From Antedon mediterranea (taxonomy: Eukaryota; Animalia; Echinodermata): DNA of 64,000 nucleotides. The stretch is taken from positions 14,136,001 through 14,200,000 of the forward strand of contig NC_092672.1 of assembly GCF_964355755.1 (NCBI RefSeq). The letters are read 5' to 3'. A model generated the notes under the pieces. The model saw only the letters and a list, made by a program, of their open reading frames with translations. It was not told the origin of the DNA and searched no databases. The first letter of the stretch is position 1. Each line of letters starts with the position of its first letter. Shown here piece after piece: positions 1 through 13,000 of the stretch. Made by a program: the position numbers and the translations under genes.

Positions 1-335
1 CCTTTAACATGCACACAAGCCAGATATGTACACTGGAAGTCCATTTAAGTTCTTATCTCTGAGAAGACATTATTCTACCACCAGAACTATGATCAAGGAG
101 AGCTTTGAACCTGTCCAATTTGAAGGCTGATAGAGGAACCTCACTTAAGAACCACCACTCGACAGACTAACTTTGACGTATTTTAGGCAAATGGATCAAA
201 TAGAAATAAAAAAGCTAATTAATTGTAACTGTTTTGCTTGGTACATTTAGCATCATATACAGGATTTTCAAAATTTTAAAAATAATTCATACATTGTGTA
301 CTTCCATGAGCCCTTGTTACACAGATGTTGCAGTG

Positions 336-998
336 CATTAAACTCTTCTTTAAATATTGGCCTAAGTGTGCGTCAACTCCAGGGAACATTTACAACATTA
401 AACACTTCTTTAAATATTGCCCTCAGTGTGCGTCAACTCCAGGGAACATTTACAACATTAAACACTTCTTTAAATATTGCCCTCAGTGTGCGTCAACTCC
501 AGGGAACATTTACAACATTAAACACTTCTTTAAATATTGGCCTCAGTGTGCGTCAACTCCAGGGAACATTTACAACATTAAACACTTCTTTAAATATTGG
601 CCTCAGTGTGCGTCAACTCCAGGGAACATTTACAACATTAAACACTTCTTTAAATATTGGCCTCAGTGTGCGTCAACTCCAGGGAACATTTACAACATTA
701 AACACTTCTTTAAATATTGCCCTCATTGTGCGTCAACTCCAGGGAACATTTACAACATTAAACACTTCTTTAAATATTGCCCTCAGTGTGCGTCAACTCC
801 AGGGAACATTTACAACATTAAACACTTCTTTAAATATTGCCCTCAGTGTGCGTCAACTCCAGGGAACATTTACAACATTAAACACTTCTTTAAATATTGC
901 CCTCATTGTGCGTCAACTCCAGGGAACATTTACAACATTAAACACTTCTTTAAATATTGCCCTCAGTGTGCGTCAACTCCAGGGAACATTTACAACAT
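336..998. repeat. 60-bp minisatellite, ~11 near-identical copies
   Basis: Unit TTAAACACTTCTTTAAATATTG(C/G)CCTCAGTGTGCGTCAACTCCAGGGAACATTTACAACA recurs every 60 nt; explains ORFs 296..1000 and 325..1029. Confidence 0.97.
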
Positions 999-3732
999 GA
1001 AACAATTTGTATCTTTAATTACACAATAGTTTTCTAGGCAAAATTAAATGATTCATTAAATTGAATTATTGTTCCAATATTTTATTAATATTACTAAAAG
1101 TTTACTTACTAAAAAGAAATTAATTTATTTCAAATTGCTTTATAAAATGTCCTGCAAAATCATCTTTCTTGTTCTCATAAATCTCAAAATAATCATATTT
1201 GCTTTATATCTAATTAACATTTGGATTAAAAAATAAAATGGTAGATTTCTCTAAAATATAAGTGCTGGTAAGATAAAGGGTGTTTAGAGCATTTTAATAT
1301 TTTGATATTACAGTAGATGGTGCTGGATATTATCCTCTAAAAGCAAGTAAAATATAGTTAACAATTGATTGACTACTATGGTCGCCTGTTGCATTGCTAT
1401 TACAATCCAAAACTATGGCTGCTGTTTTCAATTATGTATTAATAACTTCCTGAACAATCATGTGTTTTTTGTGTCAATTAACATGACGTCATTTCTTTCA
1501 GGAAATGCGTATAAAAATGTCTACAATGCATTATTATTTCTATTCAGAATGTTGGATTTGAAATGTTGTTTAGAATAATGATTGTATGATCATCAAATGT
1601 TGAAAATCAAATATAATTTTGTAATTTGTAATCAAACGTAGTTGTCCTGCAATACTAAGCTTTATTTAAGACTCAAGTAATTTAAAGGACAACTTAAATA
1701 TGGTTCTCTGTCAAGTTGTGCTTTAAAGAAAAACACTGACTTAACTGAGCTGAACTGTGATTGGTCAATACTTTGAGCATACATTGCTTGTACATCATTA
1801 TGTGCTTTTTAAGTTGGAGTCTAATGTTGATTTAAAAAAATAAATGTTGGCTCATTTATATTTAGATTTTTCTATTCCTGATTTGTAATTTTGAAATTTT
1901 AACAAGAAAATGAAGTTTGGCTCATATTACACAAAATACACAAACGTGTCACTACCTTGAGTTCCATATTTTACCAGGGAGTACAGTATCTGTGTGATTA
2001 CTTAATGGTGTACACGCTGAATACAGGCATGCTACAGTCACATTGATTTTTGTGACAACCACTGTGGTTATGGTGTATAGTCAGTACTGTAGCAAGATCT
2101 GGTGGAATGTACAAAACAAATTTGATTTCAATTTATGCTTAGTCATTTCAAACCGGTGTTTCATTGAAATGTATGCATAGAATTCAGATTGAATTTTTTG
2201 GGAATTTTAAAGTGCCTTTCATATGGCATTTATCATAAGTTTACATGGCTGGTTGGTACCATGTCTTGCCATTCTTTTGGTTTTATCAGCTTTGTGGGGA
2301 GCAGGGGCATGATGTAAAGGCAACAAGCTTCCCTCCACATCACATCCCTGTGTTGTGACTATGATCAATTTTCATTCATAATATCAACTACTATGCTGGT
2401 ACTGTGGAAAAACCTTGTTTTTAACCTGCTTGCTCTATCAAAATAAAAATTTTAAATTGAATAGAATACACAAGTTTTATTCAAAAATTGCAGAACACCT
2501 TTGTGTTAAATGGTGTATCGCTTAAATAAATATTTACTGTACAATCTGATAGGGTCTATTAGGTAGACTACCCTATTGTAAAAATGGAATCAACTGTCTG
2601 TTGGTGATACTGTTTTAGCCTTGACATTCTCACTTGTTGAGACTAGAGGATTTGTAAAACTGTTTCCTATTGGATTTTGTGAGAGCTTACATATGGTTGG
2701 CTTATTCACAATAAGAGGTGTGGTTTAAACCTTGATTTCATTCATAAGATCTGAACCAGCATAGCTAGACCTGGAAGTTGATTGTTAGAGTTGGCTATTA
2801 CAGTTTCTGCTAGGTAAAAGAAAGGATCTCTCTCGCTAATACATTTAATACAGAGGAGGTGTAAAATGGCAATAGTTAAGTTTAAAATTTGTCGCTCAGA
2901 AATATCCAACTCTGTAGATGACAGACATAGAAAGAAAGATGAAATGGTACAGGTCATCGATGCATCTAAAATAAGGTGATGTGTAAATTAACTGCATAGT
3001 TGATGGGTATGATCATGTAAAGAGCTTTAATTGATAATTCAGGTGAGAATATTAAATTTAATTGTATACAATAGTATTCATTGTATTATATATTTAATTT
3101 ATTGTTTTTATTGTATTTTGAAATGTATTTTCACGTTCCTTCAATCCTTACTGTTAGCATGATAACTATCGCTGTTTCTTTTTTAAATAAATAAATAAAG
3201 TTAATTAAAGTACAGATTGCTTTTACTGATACTGTACTACTATGATCCAATATTTTTTTTTATTGAAAAGGGTTTATTTTCATTGTACACTATTGTTGTT
3301 TCAAATAGATATATATATATAGTTAAAAAAGAAGAGAATGCATTGATTGTGATTGTAAATTAGACCTGTAGTATGATAATGATTTTGGATTTGTGCATGC
3401 TTGTGAAATTACACAATCAATATACTTCATTCAATCAACTAGAAAAACATATTGCCAATTTTATTGGTAGTCCTACTTGCTGTATCAAAACTTTACTGTT
3501 TTTCTTTTTTATATACAAGATAAGATCAAAATATTTATTGTTAAATTGAATAAGGTATCTGGTCCTGCAGGTTACTTTCTTCAAAATTCTGATGAACATA
3601 TAATTAATTGTTAAAAGAGAAATAAAAATACTATATTTGTTGTTGAAAATAGTATTTTAGCCTGATTTATGGTTTTTATCAAATGGCTAAAAGATAGAGT
3701 AAAAAGGAAAATTATAAGATATATAATTTTAA

Positions 3733-4317
3733 TTTTTAAATTGATTACCATAGATAAACCTACATGTAATATTTTTAAACTGATTACCATAGATAGACCT
3801 ACATGTAATATTTTTAAACTGATTACCATAGATAGACCTACATGTAATATTTTTAAACTGATTACCATAGATAGACCTACATGTAATATTTTTAAACTGA
3901 TTACCATAGATAGACCTACATGTAATATTTTTTAACTGATTACCATAGATAGACCTACATGTAATATTTTTTAACTAATTACCATAGATAGACCTACATG
4001 TAATATTTTTAAACTGATTACCATAGATAGACCTACATGTAATATTTTTTAACTGATTACCATAGATAGACCTACATGTAATATTTTTTAACTGATTACC
4101 ATAGATAGACCTACATGTAATATTTTTTAACTGATTACCATAGATAGACCTACATGTAATATTTTTAAACTGATTACCATAGATAGACCTACATGTAATA
4201 TTTTTAAACTGATTACCATAGATAGACCTACATGTAATATTTTTAACTGATTACCATAGATAGACCTACATGTAATATTTTTAAACTGATTACCATAAAT
4301 AGACCTAAATGTAATAT
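3733..4317. repeat. 39-bp minisatellite, ~15 copies
   Basis: Unit TTTTTAAACTGATTACCATAGATAGACCTACATGTAATA repeated with only point variants. Confidence 0.97.
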
Positions 4318-5099
4318 TTGTTCGGACAGTTTTCCAAGCTAAGGACGTTTTATTTTGTGGGGAGACGAGGAATTATAATTTTATTTCAAAGGTCATATTT
4401 ACAAAGTAAAATCACATTACAGCGTGCAATTATTAAAGTCTTGGGATGGGCACTTCAAAATGTTCAAAGGTCTATTTGCTTTATTTCACACAAAAGACAT
4501 ACCGTACTGTAGTCATGAATTTCTCTGCATGATACAACAAGTATTGAAACGGATCAAATGCTTTGTTGGTAATCAATGATCGTCAATAGATGATTTTTAA
4601 CAAAATATCCTTTTAAATTTTATCACATGATAGTGACTTATAAAATGATTGTGCAATTTTGTTTGGGTCTGTACACATATACTGTAAGGTAGTATATTTT
4701 AATCAATTCCTTGCATTGATTTTTGCATATTGAATTTGATATATATTGATGTATAAAGCCTTTTCACACAGAAATTAAAAGTAAACATGTCAGCGTGTTG
4801 CCGACCTACTTCTATATAGAAGGTAACATTTTTTCTGTATGAAATGAGTGCCCCAGTGATAGCCACAAAATTGGTATTTTTACAGAATAATACAGTAAAT
4901 TACTGATGATGTGGCAGTTAATATATTTTATTGGTCCAAAGGAAGCCAGTATTCAGTTTTATATCTGAATGAAAATGTTAATGCTTGTTTTTTTCTTGAA
5001 AGAAATTGAAAATCTAATTTGGTTTAGTATGGCCAAAACTATGTCAATATAAATAAAACCATAGAGATATCTATAATATCTCTATGATAAAACATACAT

Positions 5100-5335
5100 G
5101 TAGAGTTGGGTAGGGTTAGGACCCTTGACTGTCATACAGACAGACCGGGTTCAATTACTAACAACTCCTAGTCTACTCAGCTATAAATGTGTACCTGGTT
5201 GAAAATACTAGAGAAGAAAGGTGTTGTGGAAAGGAACTGGCCACCCTCTACCACATAATGCAGAGGCTTTTAGTACAATGAGCTCCTACTAACACCTCAT
5301 TACCTCAGAAATGAATATGGGACTTACCTTTACAG
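5100..5335 (+). mobile_element. Degenerate tRNA-derived SINE
   Basis: B-box-like GGGTTCAATTAC near 5147, central CTACTCAGCTATAAATGTGTACCTGG resembling conserved invertebrate SINE cores, and a GGGACTTACCTTTAC-type tail. Confidence 0.5.
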
Positions 5336-6169
5336 AAATTCATGATACTTGATACTTGATGATTAAGGTTGTATTGCATGGTACCAAATGACACTAACAT
5401 AAATCAAACACCACAGATACAATACATAACATTGGTAGGCAACAGTAGCAATAAAAAGTCATTAATTTTTAGTTATACTGTACTTATATAACAACATTTA
5501 CAAATTTTCGGATGCTATTTGTGTTTAACTTAATTTGAATTACCATATCTAGTACATTAATCATTTGCAACCACTGCCATTAACTGCCTCACAACCATTT
5601 ACAGCTTCATTTTACTGGAAAAGTAGGAAATAAATTTTAAACAAATCCCTTTCATATGATTAATCAATTGATTAAGCTTAGTGTAGGAACATGCCTGGTA
5701 GTCAACCATTCAGTGACTTCATAATACCACAGAGACATTTCTATGACAATTACCATACCAGGCTACAATTAATACAGTATATGTTTCCTGTATTGAAGGA
5801 AGTAATGAAGATAATCAACACTGTTGGTAGTTGAAAGATAACAAGACATGGCATCCTTTGCAATTATTAAAATCCTTCAACTAATCAGATTGTAAAAAGT
5901 CAATTTTTTTTTTACTTTAGTTAATAAATAATAAGAATATTGAACTTAATTTTATTTAGGCCTAATAGTATGATTATTTTATTGGTATGTTTAAAAAAAA
6001 ACAAACAAGCTTCATTGAGTAATAATACTGTATCATTAATGTTTGTTCTAAGTTGATAACCATTAGACCAGTTACTGTACTGTAGTTCCAGATAAAAAAA
6101 AAGGAAAAAAGTCCATATAGGCCTACAGTAAGCTTTAATTCAGAGAAACGATTGTTGAAAATCCCATGG

Positions 6170-7020
6170 ACTACCGGCTGCTGAGTTCCAAGTAGTTATG
6201 TTTCAACCCTATACATATAATCAGTGTAATAAAATTACCTAGAATGCATTTTAGCTCATAAAAGGTTGCAACTAACATTTTTATGGAAAAATGTAGAGTT
6301 TCTTCTGATGTATTAAAAACAAACATCACAATTTTCAATTCTGAATCATTCGATGCACAAGACAAAGAGTGAATCTTCTTGAATCCAGTAGCACATATCA
6401 GACTATATGTACTTCAGCTTTTCAGTACCCACATTTAAGATTACAATGTCAAAGCTTTTAGTGGAATAAACCATAACAAGAATTTTGAAACAGCTGTTTT
6501 TCTGTAAGGATAAAAAGCACTATACTACAAACCGTGAGTACCAAGATGTTCTTTAATTACTAACTAGAGGTATGATTCTTCGAGTAGTACTCACTTGTTA
6601 TCTAACTATGCAGTTTTCTAATTCTCAAAATCGTACACATACTCGCTAAAGATTCAGAATAGAGTCTGGTGATTCCAGCAAAACTGACTCCAACTATCTC
6701 TTTATACTACAATACATTTCTATTCTGAGCGAGGTGCTATGCCATGTGTGGAACTCTTTCATTGGATGGCAGCCGTTTTTTTATTCTGCTTTTTGGAATT
6801 GGGGCAACTGTAGCATCATACCTGACAGCATTAGACGTGATGTAAGCGTTCTCTAATACTGTCTGGTAATGATGTTATTGGTGTCTTTTTTACAGCCTTC
6901 ATCTACCTATTGAGCTCTCTTTACTTGCCAGTTTAATTTTCTAAATTCATCAGTTCTGTCTTCATTGCTCTTCAAATGTCGTCTCCACTTTGCCACAGAT
7001 GTAACTGACACCTAGATTTA
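6170..7020 (-). pseudogene. Highly decayed non-LTR reverse transcriptase remnant
   Basis: The minus strand gives, in RT order and with many stops or frameshifts, ATVAPIPK-like, KAFD.V-like (AAAGCTTTGACATTGTA), EKL, WIQ and IVMF..T-like fragments. Confidence 0.35.
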
Positions 7021-7073
7021 GGTTAATACTGCTGTAGTTTTATGAGAGTAGCTTTCCAGATTTCAAGAACCCT

Positions 7074-7360
7074 CAGATGATGTTAGTGAAACCAGTTGAA
7101 CAATGATATCAACAAAGATGCCAAAAAGAAACTTCAGATGATGTTAGTGAAACCAGCTGAGTTGGATGCCAAAAAGAAACTTCAGATGATGTTAGTGAAA
7201 CCAGCTGAGTTGGATGCCAAAAAGAAACTTCAGATGATGTTAGTGAAACCAGCTATAGTTGGATGCCAAAAAGAAACTTCAGATGATGTTAGTGAAACTA
7301 GCTTAGTTGGATGCCAAAAAGAAACTTCAGATGGTTTTAGTGAAACCAGCTGAGTTGGAC
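7074..7360. repeat. 48-bp minisatellite, ~5-6 copies, decaying into diverged copies to ~7570
   Basis: Unit GATGCCAAAAAGAAACTTCAGATGATGTTAGTGAAACCAGCTGAGTTG; explains ORF 7096..7353. Confidence 0.9.
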
Positions 7361-9447
7361 AACTATATCAAAAAGATGTCAAAATGAAACATCATTTATT
7401 GTAAGTAAAACCTGGAGATTTAGAGATGACAAAAAAAACCCTCAATTGATAAAAGTCAAACCAGAAGACAATTTTAAAAACAAAGATGTCAAAAGAAACT
7501 GACTGTAAGTGAATCCAGAGTTGATCAACTAATATCATCAGAGATGCCAAAACCTGAGTCAAACTAAGTACAAGCTACTGTATAAAAAAAAGCAAAATAG
7601 TACATTTTGATGGATCTAAAGAAAGAACCTGAAAGAGAAGAAAACACTATCGGAAAAAGTAAAAAAATAAACAGTTATGATGCCGTATGCAACAAAACTA
7701 AGATTGAAAATGTTGGTTTTTTATGTTGTTAATTATTCTGTTAATGATACTGACGACAGGATTGTAATCAGTATTGGCTCTTTGATCTGTAGAGTTTGGA
7801 CTTAATCTGAAGTTGAATGATTATATTTTGGTAAAAATGAGATTATTAATTGTTCAATTTAAAGTTAATGCTGATCAACTTGAATAATTTAAAACTGATA
7901 GAATCATTAATAACTATAGCAACACTGGAACTACTAGAGGAATGTGACTATAAATTACTACCATATTGTTAGAATAAAAAGATGAATCGATTAAAGTCTT
8001 TCCTGTTGTTTGCTAAAAGAAATAAAGCTCAATCATCATCTAGAATTGAAATTTCCACACATTATGTCATTATTGCTGACTGCTGCCTTATATCTGCTGT
8101 GGAAATTGATAGATATGTCCATTTATTTAAAATAGTGACGGTTCGTTTTATCTTGACTTGATTGCATACTGTAGGTGATTTGATGCATGTTTTTATTTTG
8201 CTACACATGGTATAAATGCAACACATACAGTCCAATAATAATCAATAGACCACCATCAGTACTTTTTTACATTTTTTTTTTTTGGTTTTGCTATATTGGT
8301 TCAATTCCATTCTGTCTGTTTTATTACAGTAGATCCAAGCCAAGATTAAGAATTTAATTGTGTATAGTCAGTTATTACCAATTCAAAATCTTTGCCTATA
8401 AATTTACAAAATAATGAAAAGCAAAAACAGAATGTTAATTTGTATATATAAATATTTGTTGATGGATTCAAACATGTACTACAAATGGAGAGAGGCATTA
8501 TATACCAATAGATAACAGTTTTGGTCCTCTCCTTCATATTTTTTTTTGTGTAATGTATTATACCATATGGACAATTGTCTGAAATAAAAGTTGAATTGAA
8601 TTGAATTATAGCTAATTATAATAATTGTGTGAAGTTTAATTTATAAAAAAGGAACTAATTCATTTTTTGCAAAGAATGTTAGGTTTAAATAACACTGTAT
8701 AAAGCTGACTCCAAATAAGGGAAGTAAAGATTTAAAGTTTTTAGGTTTATTCAAAAAAACGTTTTTTAGGTAAACAAATTATACTGATTGTCAACCTGAA
8801 TCAACATAGCATACTTGAGGTTTGTTATAAAAGGTAGAAGCTTAACCCAAAATACTCTGTTTCAGTGAATATGATTACATGGTGATAAATGAAGCATGTC
8901 CTGTATTGTTTACAGAGTGGTTATTGAGTTTCTGGAGGAGTTTGTAATACAGTTTGTGTTATTGTCCATGTAAAGCTAGATTATGCTAACTAGACTACAT
9001 CCTGGATTTAATATTTTCCCTAGAAGGTTACACATTGTCCATATTGTCTTGTGAAGGTTGTGTTTTTTGTTGCTTTTCCTCTAAAGCTTTTGGTTTAGAT
9101 TAGTGGGTCTGTATTCCTACCATTGAAAATAACAGTACTGTAATTAGTATTTAAAAGCAAAAACAGCTAATACCATATATTGTTTATTTTGAAAATATCA
9201 TTGAAATTATGTACATATTTTGCTAATTGTATTAATTGAAAATATACTATTAAGAAACAGTTCCTGTAATTAATTATTGTTCTTCTTGTTTTGTCATGGA
9301 CTGAACTGAAAAATTAATATTGCAATTAGCAAAATGAAGTTTCATTATTATCCTAAATACAGTATGACAATTATACTGTAATTAAATATTTCTATTGATG
9401 GTTTATACTGTCAGCTTTGCTTTCCAATTAGATAATTAAGAATTACC

Positions 9448-9623
9448 AATCATACCGTAGTGAACCTGTAATCATACCGTAGTGAACCTGTAATCATACC
9501 GTAGTGAACCTGTAATCATACCGTAGTGAACCTGTAATCATACCGTAGTGAACCTGTAATCATACCGTAGTGAACCTGTAATCATACCGTAGTGAGCCTG
9601 TAATCATACCGTAGTGAACCTGT
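9448..9623. repeat. 22-bp minisatellite, 8 copies
   Basis: Unit AATCATACCGTAGTGAACCTGT. Confidence 0.97.
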
Positions 9624-10009
9624 ACAATTTCTAATTACTTTTCAATTTCAATGAAAATAAAAAACTGAATATGAACAACTAAATACCTTTTCCACAGCTG
9701 ACCTCAAACAAAACTTGTTTCATTTCTGAATAAATATTCTTTGTACTGTATACCTTTATCTGTAACCTCTGACACAGATTGTGTGTATGTATATACACTG
9801 TAAAAATGGTAAGCTGGGTTCATTTTCTGAAATTGCAGCAATACTGCCCCACACTGTCAAGTTGTTGGTTTATGGTTTTAACTTTTCTTTTTCAAAGTTC
9901 CCAGAAAGTATTTAAATATTCTTACACTCACATGTACATTTGGTCAGTGTATTTGCGCAACAATGTATTAAAAATATGATTGATAATAAGTATTTACCAT
10001 ATTTTACAG

Positions 10010-13000
10010 AAAGAAATACGAGAAACTTTGCTGCAAAAACAAAAAACTTTGCTGGAAAAGAAAGATCCCAAATCAATGCAAGAGTTGAGAATGAAGTTCT
10101 TGAATCAAGCAAAGAAATACTTTGGTGTTCCATATGCTAAAAGATATCACCCACCAGAATGTATGTTTTGAAATTACTCAAAATTGCATTATTTATTTAT
10201 TCAATAAACTTTAATATCTTTAATAAAAAATGTTAGATTTTCCAAAAATGTATGTATTAATCTTATAAATCATAAGTGAAATGAAAGGTATTATTAATCC
10301 AGTAGTGTCCATCTCAAGAAAATAAGTAATATGAATGGTGATTGCCGTTTTAATATATTAAAATTGCTTTTCAATTAAATAATTATTCTAACTACTGTAT
10401 GATGGCATCGAGAGTCCACACTACAACAAATGATATAGATAATTGTCATGTAAATTAACAGCAATGGCCTGGATATGGCTGGTAAATTTAATCTTTTTCT
10501 TTTTATTATGTCTCAAGATAAATAATTATACTGATTATCTGAAATTTACTCTTGGTCTTTTGTTTACCTTGCAGCTTCAATGCATAATGAGCCTTTATTC
10601 CTAGACTGTTGCGGCCTGACACGGCGGATTCTTCGTGATCTGAAGGAAGACTTTGGATTCAACATTGGACCTTGGAACCAAGCTTACCAGTATGACACAT
10701 TACCTATTTCAGTAACGGAAGAGGAAATGTTGCCAGGGGATCTGGTGTTTATAACAGGCACCTATTTCAACCCAAAATGTAAGGAAAAACATGGTTACAT
10801 AAAATATAGCGCCTGTATAGAAATTTACTGCAACTGTGAATGTACACTATAGGCTGGCCAATGAAATATTATTTCAGTTGGTGCCTAACGTTTTTCTGAG
10901 CTGGGGGATTTGGTAGATAGAGCCCCCCATCTAGAGAAAGTGCTAAAGGTTATTTGACATAGACTATTAAGATATAGTTCTCAATTAAAGATGAATGAGC
11001 AACTAACAGGATAATACAGTATTTTCATCATGCTGGATCTATTTCAGGAAAACCATCTTTCCAAAATTATTTTCAATTGTACATAAACTTTTTTTTTTTT
11101 TAAATCATCATTAAAATCTTTAAAGTTTAGTTTAGTACGGGTTATGTATCCCCTTTTAAGAATACCTTTTAAGAATACTGTAGCCCTGGACTAAATCCTA
11201 AAGTCCAGGCTAATTGTAAATTTTAAAAATAGACAACTGCACCTGATGATCAGTATTATGGTAATGTTTACTATTAATGTTTTACAAGTTGTCTGGAGTA
11301 TAGATGAATTTCTATGATTGATCAGATTGCGTGTGAGCTCTGTTTCTTTAAGGACACATCCAATACTGCTAACACACCCAATGTTTGATTGAATGCTGTA
11401 TGTATTGAATCTTCAGAATACATAATGTGTTCAAACATTCTACCTTGTTTGTTTAACCCAGTCGCTATCAAGCTGAACGTGAACTTCTTGGTGAAAACCC
11501 CATCATAATACATAGCTGATGTTATCAATAGATTTCCGGTGTAATAAATAAGAATAGGTGATTGATTAGGTATTCACCACTATTTGCAAACTGTAAACAG
11601 GCATTTGTAAGATTGTTCTACCCGTCATACATCATGTGACAATATTTACGTTGTCTGCTCCCACGCCCTTGTAGAGTGTTTTGTTAGTGGTTGTTTTTGT
11701 CGATTCATTGTGTTCAATACCAGTAAACTTAATTCCATATAATATGTAGATTTATACATGACTCATTTTAACTGTGGACCGTAACATTTTCTGTATTATG
11801 CTCCTGAATCTTTATCATAAAATCCATTCTCACAATTTGAATGAATATTTATTAAAAGGAATCAGTAAGTTAATATACTGTATGGATAAAATTTGATTTG
11901 TTTAAAATTCATTAAATAATATGGTAGATAATGAACCAACGGCATGCTATTTAAACTCTTATTTTCATAATTCAGTACGGTAAATTCTACAGTAACATTA
12001 TTATTCTAATTACATGCAGAAATTAAGATCTACCTGCAGATAAAAATCATATTTAATAATATTATCTGATTAATTATCTGTTATTGTTTGGCAAGCGAAG
12101 TCATTGAAATTTTAATATCATCTTTCATTCTATTACCTAAACCTACCCAGAGCTATCATCATTATCATCAAGTACAATAAAACGGGGTAGTTTTTAGAAT
12201 TTCTTTTTTTTTTTTCAACAAAAAACAGTGGTATTCTAATTGACTGAAATCTCTGGGTTTTAAAGTAGTTAATATCAAATTGTGAAGGCTTAGTGTAGTT
12301 CCTGGGTTAATCCCCATTAGTACCTCAGACACAAAGCACTGTAGTACATGTGAATTAATGCATTTGAATTGTATACTTTGATGATGGCCTTGTCCTGGTC
12401 TTAGTAACACTGCTGTATTAAAATATTAGGCCACCCTGTTCTTGTTATTAACTCTTCATATTGTGTATTTATAGATTATTATGAATTAATGTATATTATT
12501 AATTTTTGGGACATGTCCTTGTAAAACATAGATAAATCCTTTCCAATGTAGCTTCACTCATTATTTTTCATTGGAGATTAAACACATTATACTATCAATA
12601 GATGCATCATAATGCGTTTTGTGTTGTTTCTATAGACCTTTAAATGTTCAAGTTACCAGGATTTATTCGTCTTTTGAAGGACAAACTCTTTCATTAAATT
12701 CAAATCCTTTGTGATATGAATATTCGTTAAAATGCTTTTCATTGTGATTTGGTTTGAGTGTCTTTTTCTGATATTAGTGATTTATTACCATACGTGTTGA
12801 TGTGTAAACAAGGTCAACTATTTAACATAAGGATGTGACTGAGCTATCTAATTCATGGTCAGAACACTCATCAGGTGGCAACTAATCACTTCTCAAAAAA
12901 AAAAATTTAATTCCATGATTTTCATGGTTGAACATTGATTTGTTTCCTCAATGGAGTTAGGGGGAGTTGCAGAGTCACTTAAAACCCTAATTATTGTACA

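Noticed and set aside
296-1029. Two 234-aa repetitive ORFs (one CxxC-rich)
   Set aside because: By-product of a stop-free 60-bp unit open in two frames; no unique domain or splice context.
1484-1515. TGACGTCA (CRE) followed by TATAAAA as promoter of the NlpC/P60-TTLL10 locus
   Set aside because: A plausible pair, but no first exon could be linked to it, and chance occurrence is likely in AT-rich DNA.
2866-2952. Candidate first coding exon MAIVKFKIC...KKDEMVQ with phase-0 donor
   Set aside because: Phase fits exon 10010, but the donors are weak and I recognise no homology; cannot be chosen over other candidates without RNA data.
7610-7684. Alternative candidate first exon MDLKKEPERE...SYDA|GTATGC (phase 0)
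   Set aside because: Also phase-compatible, but adjoins a decayed purine-rich repeat and has no independent support.
11322-11690. Possible decayed Gypsy/Ginger integrase remnant on the minus strand (FTK, QGR.F, FNQTL-like words)
   Set aside because: Too degenerate to support without a profile search.
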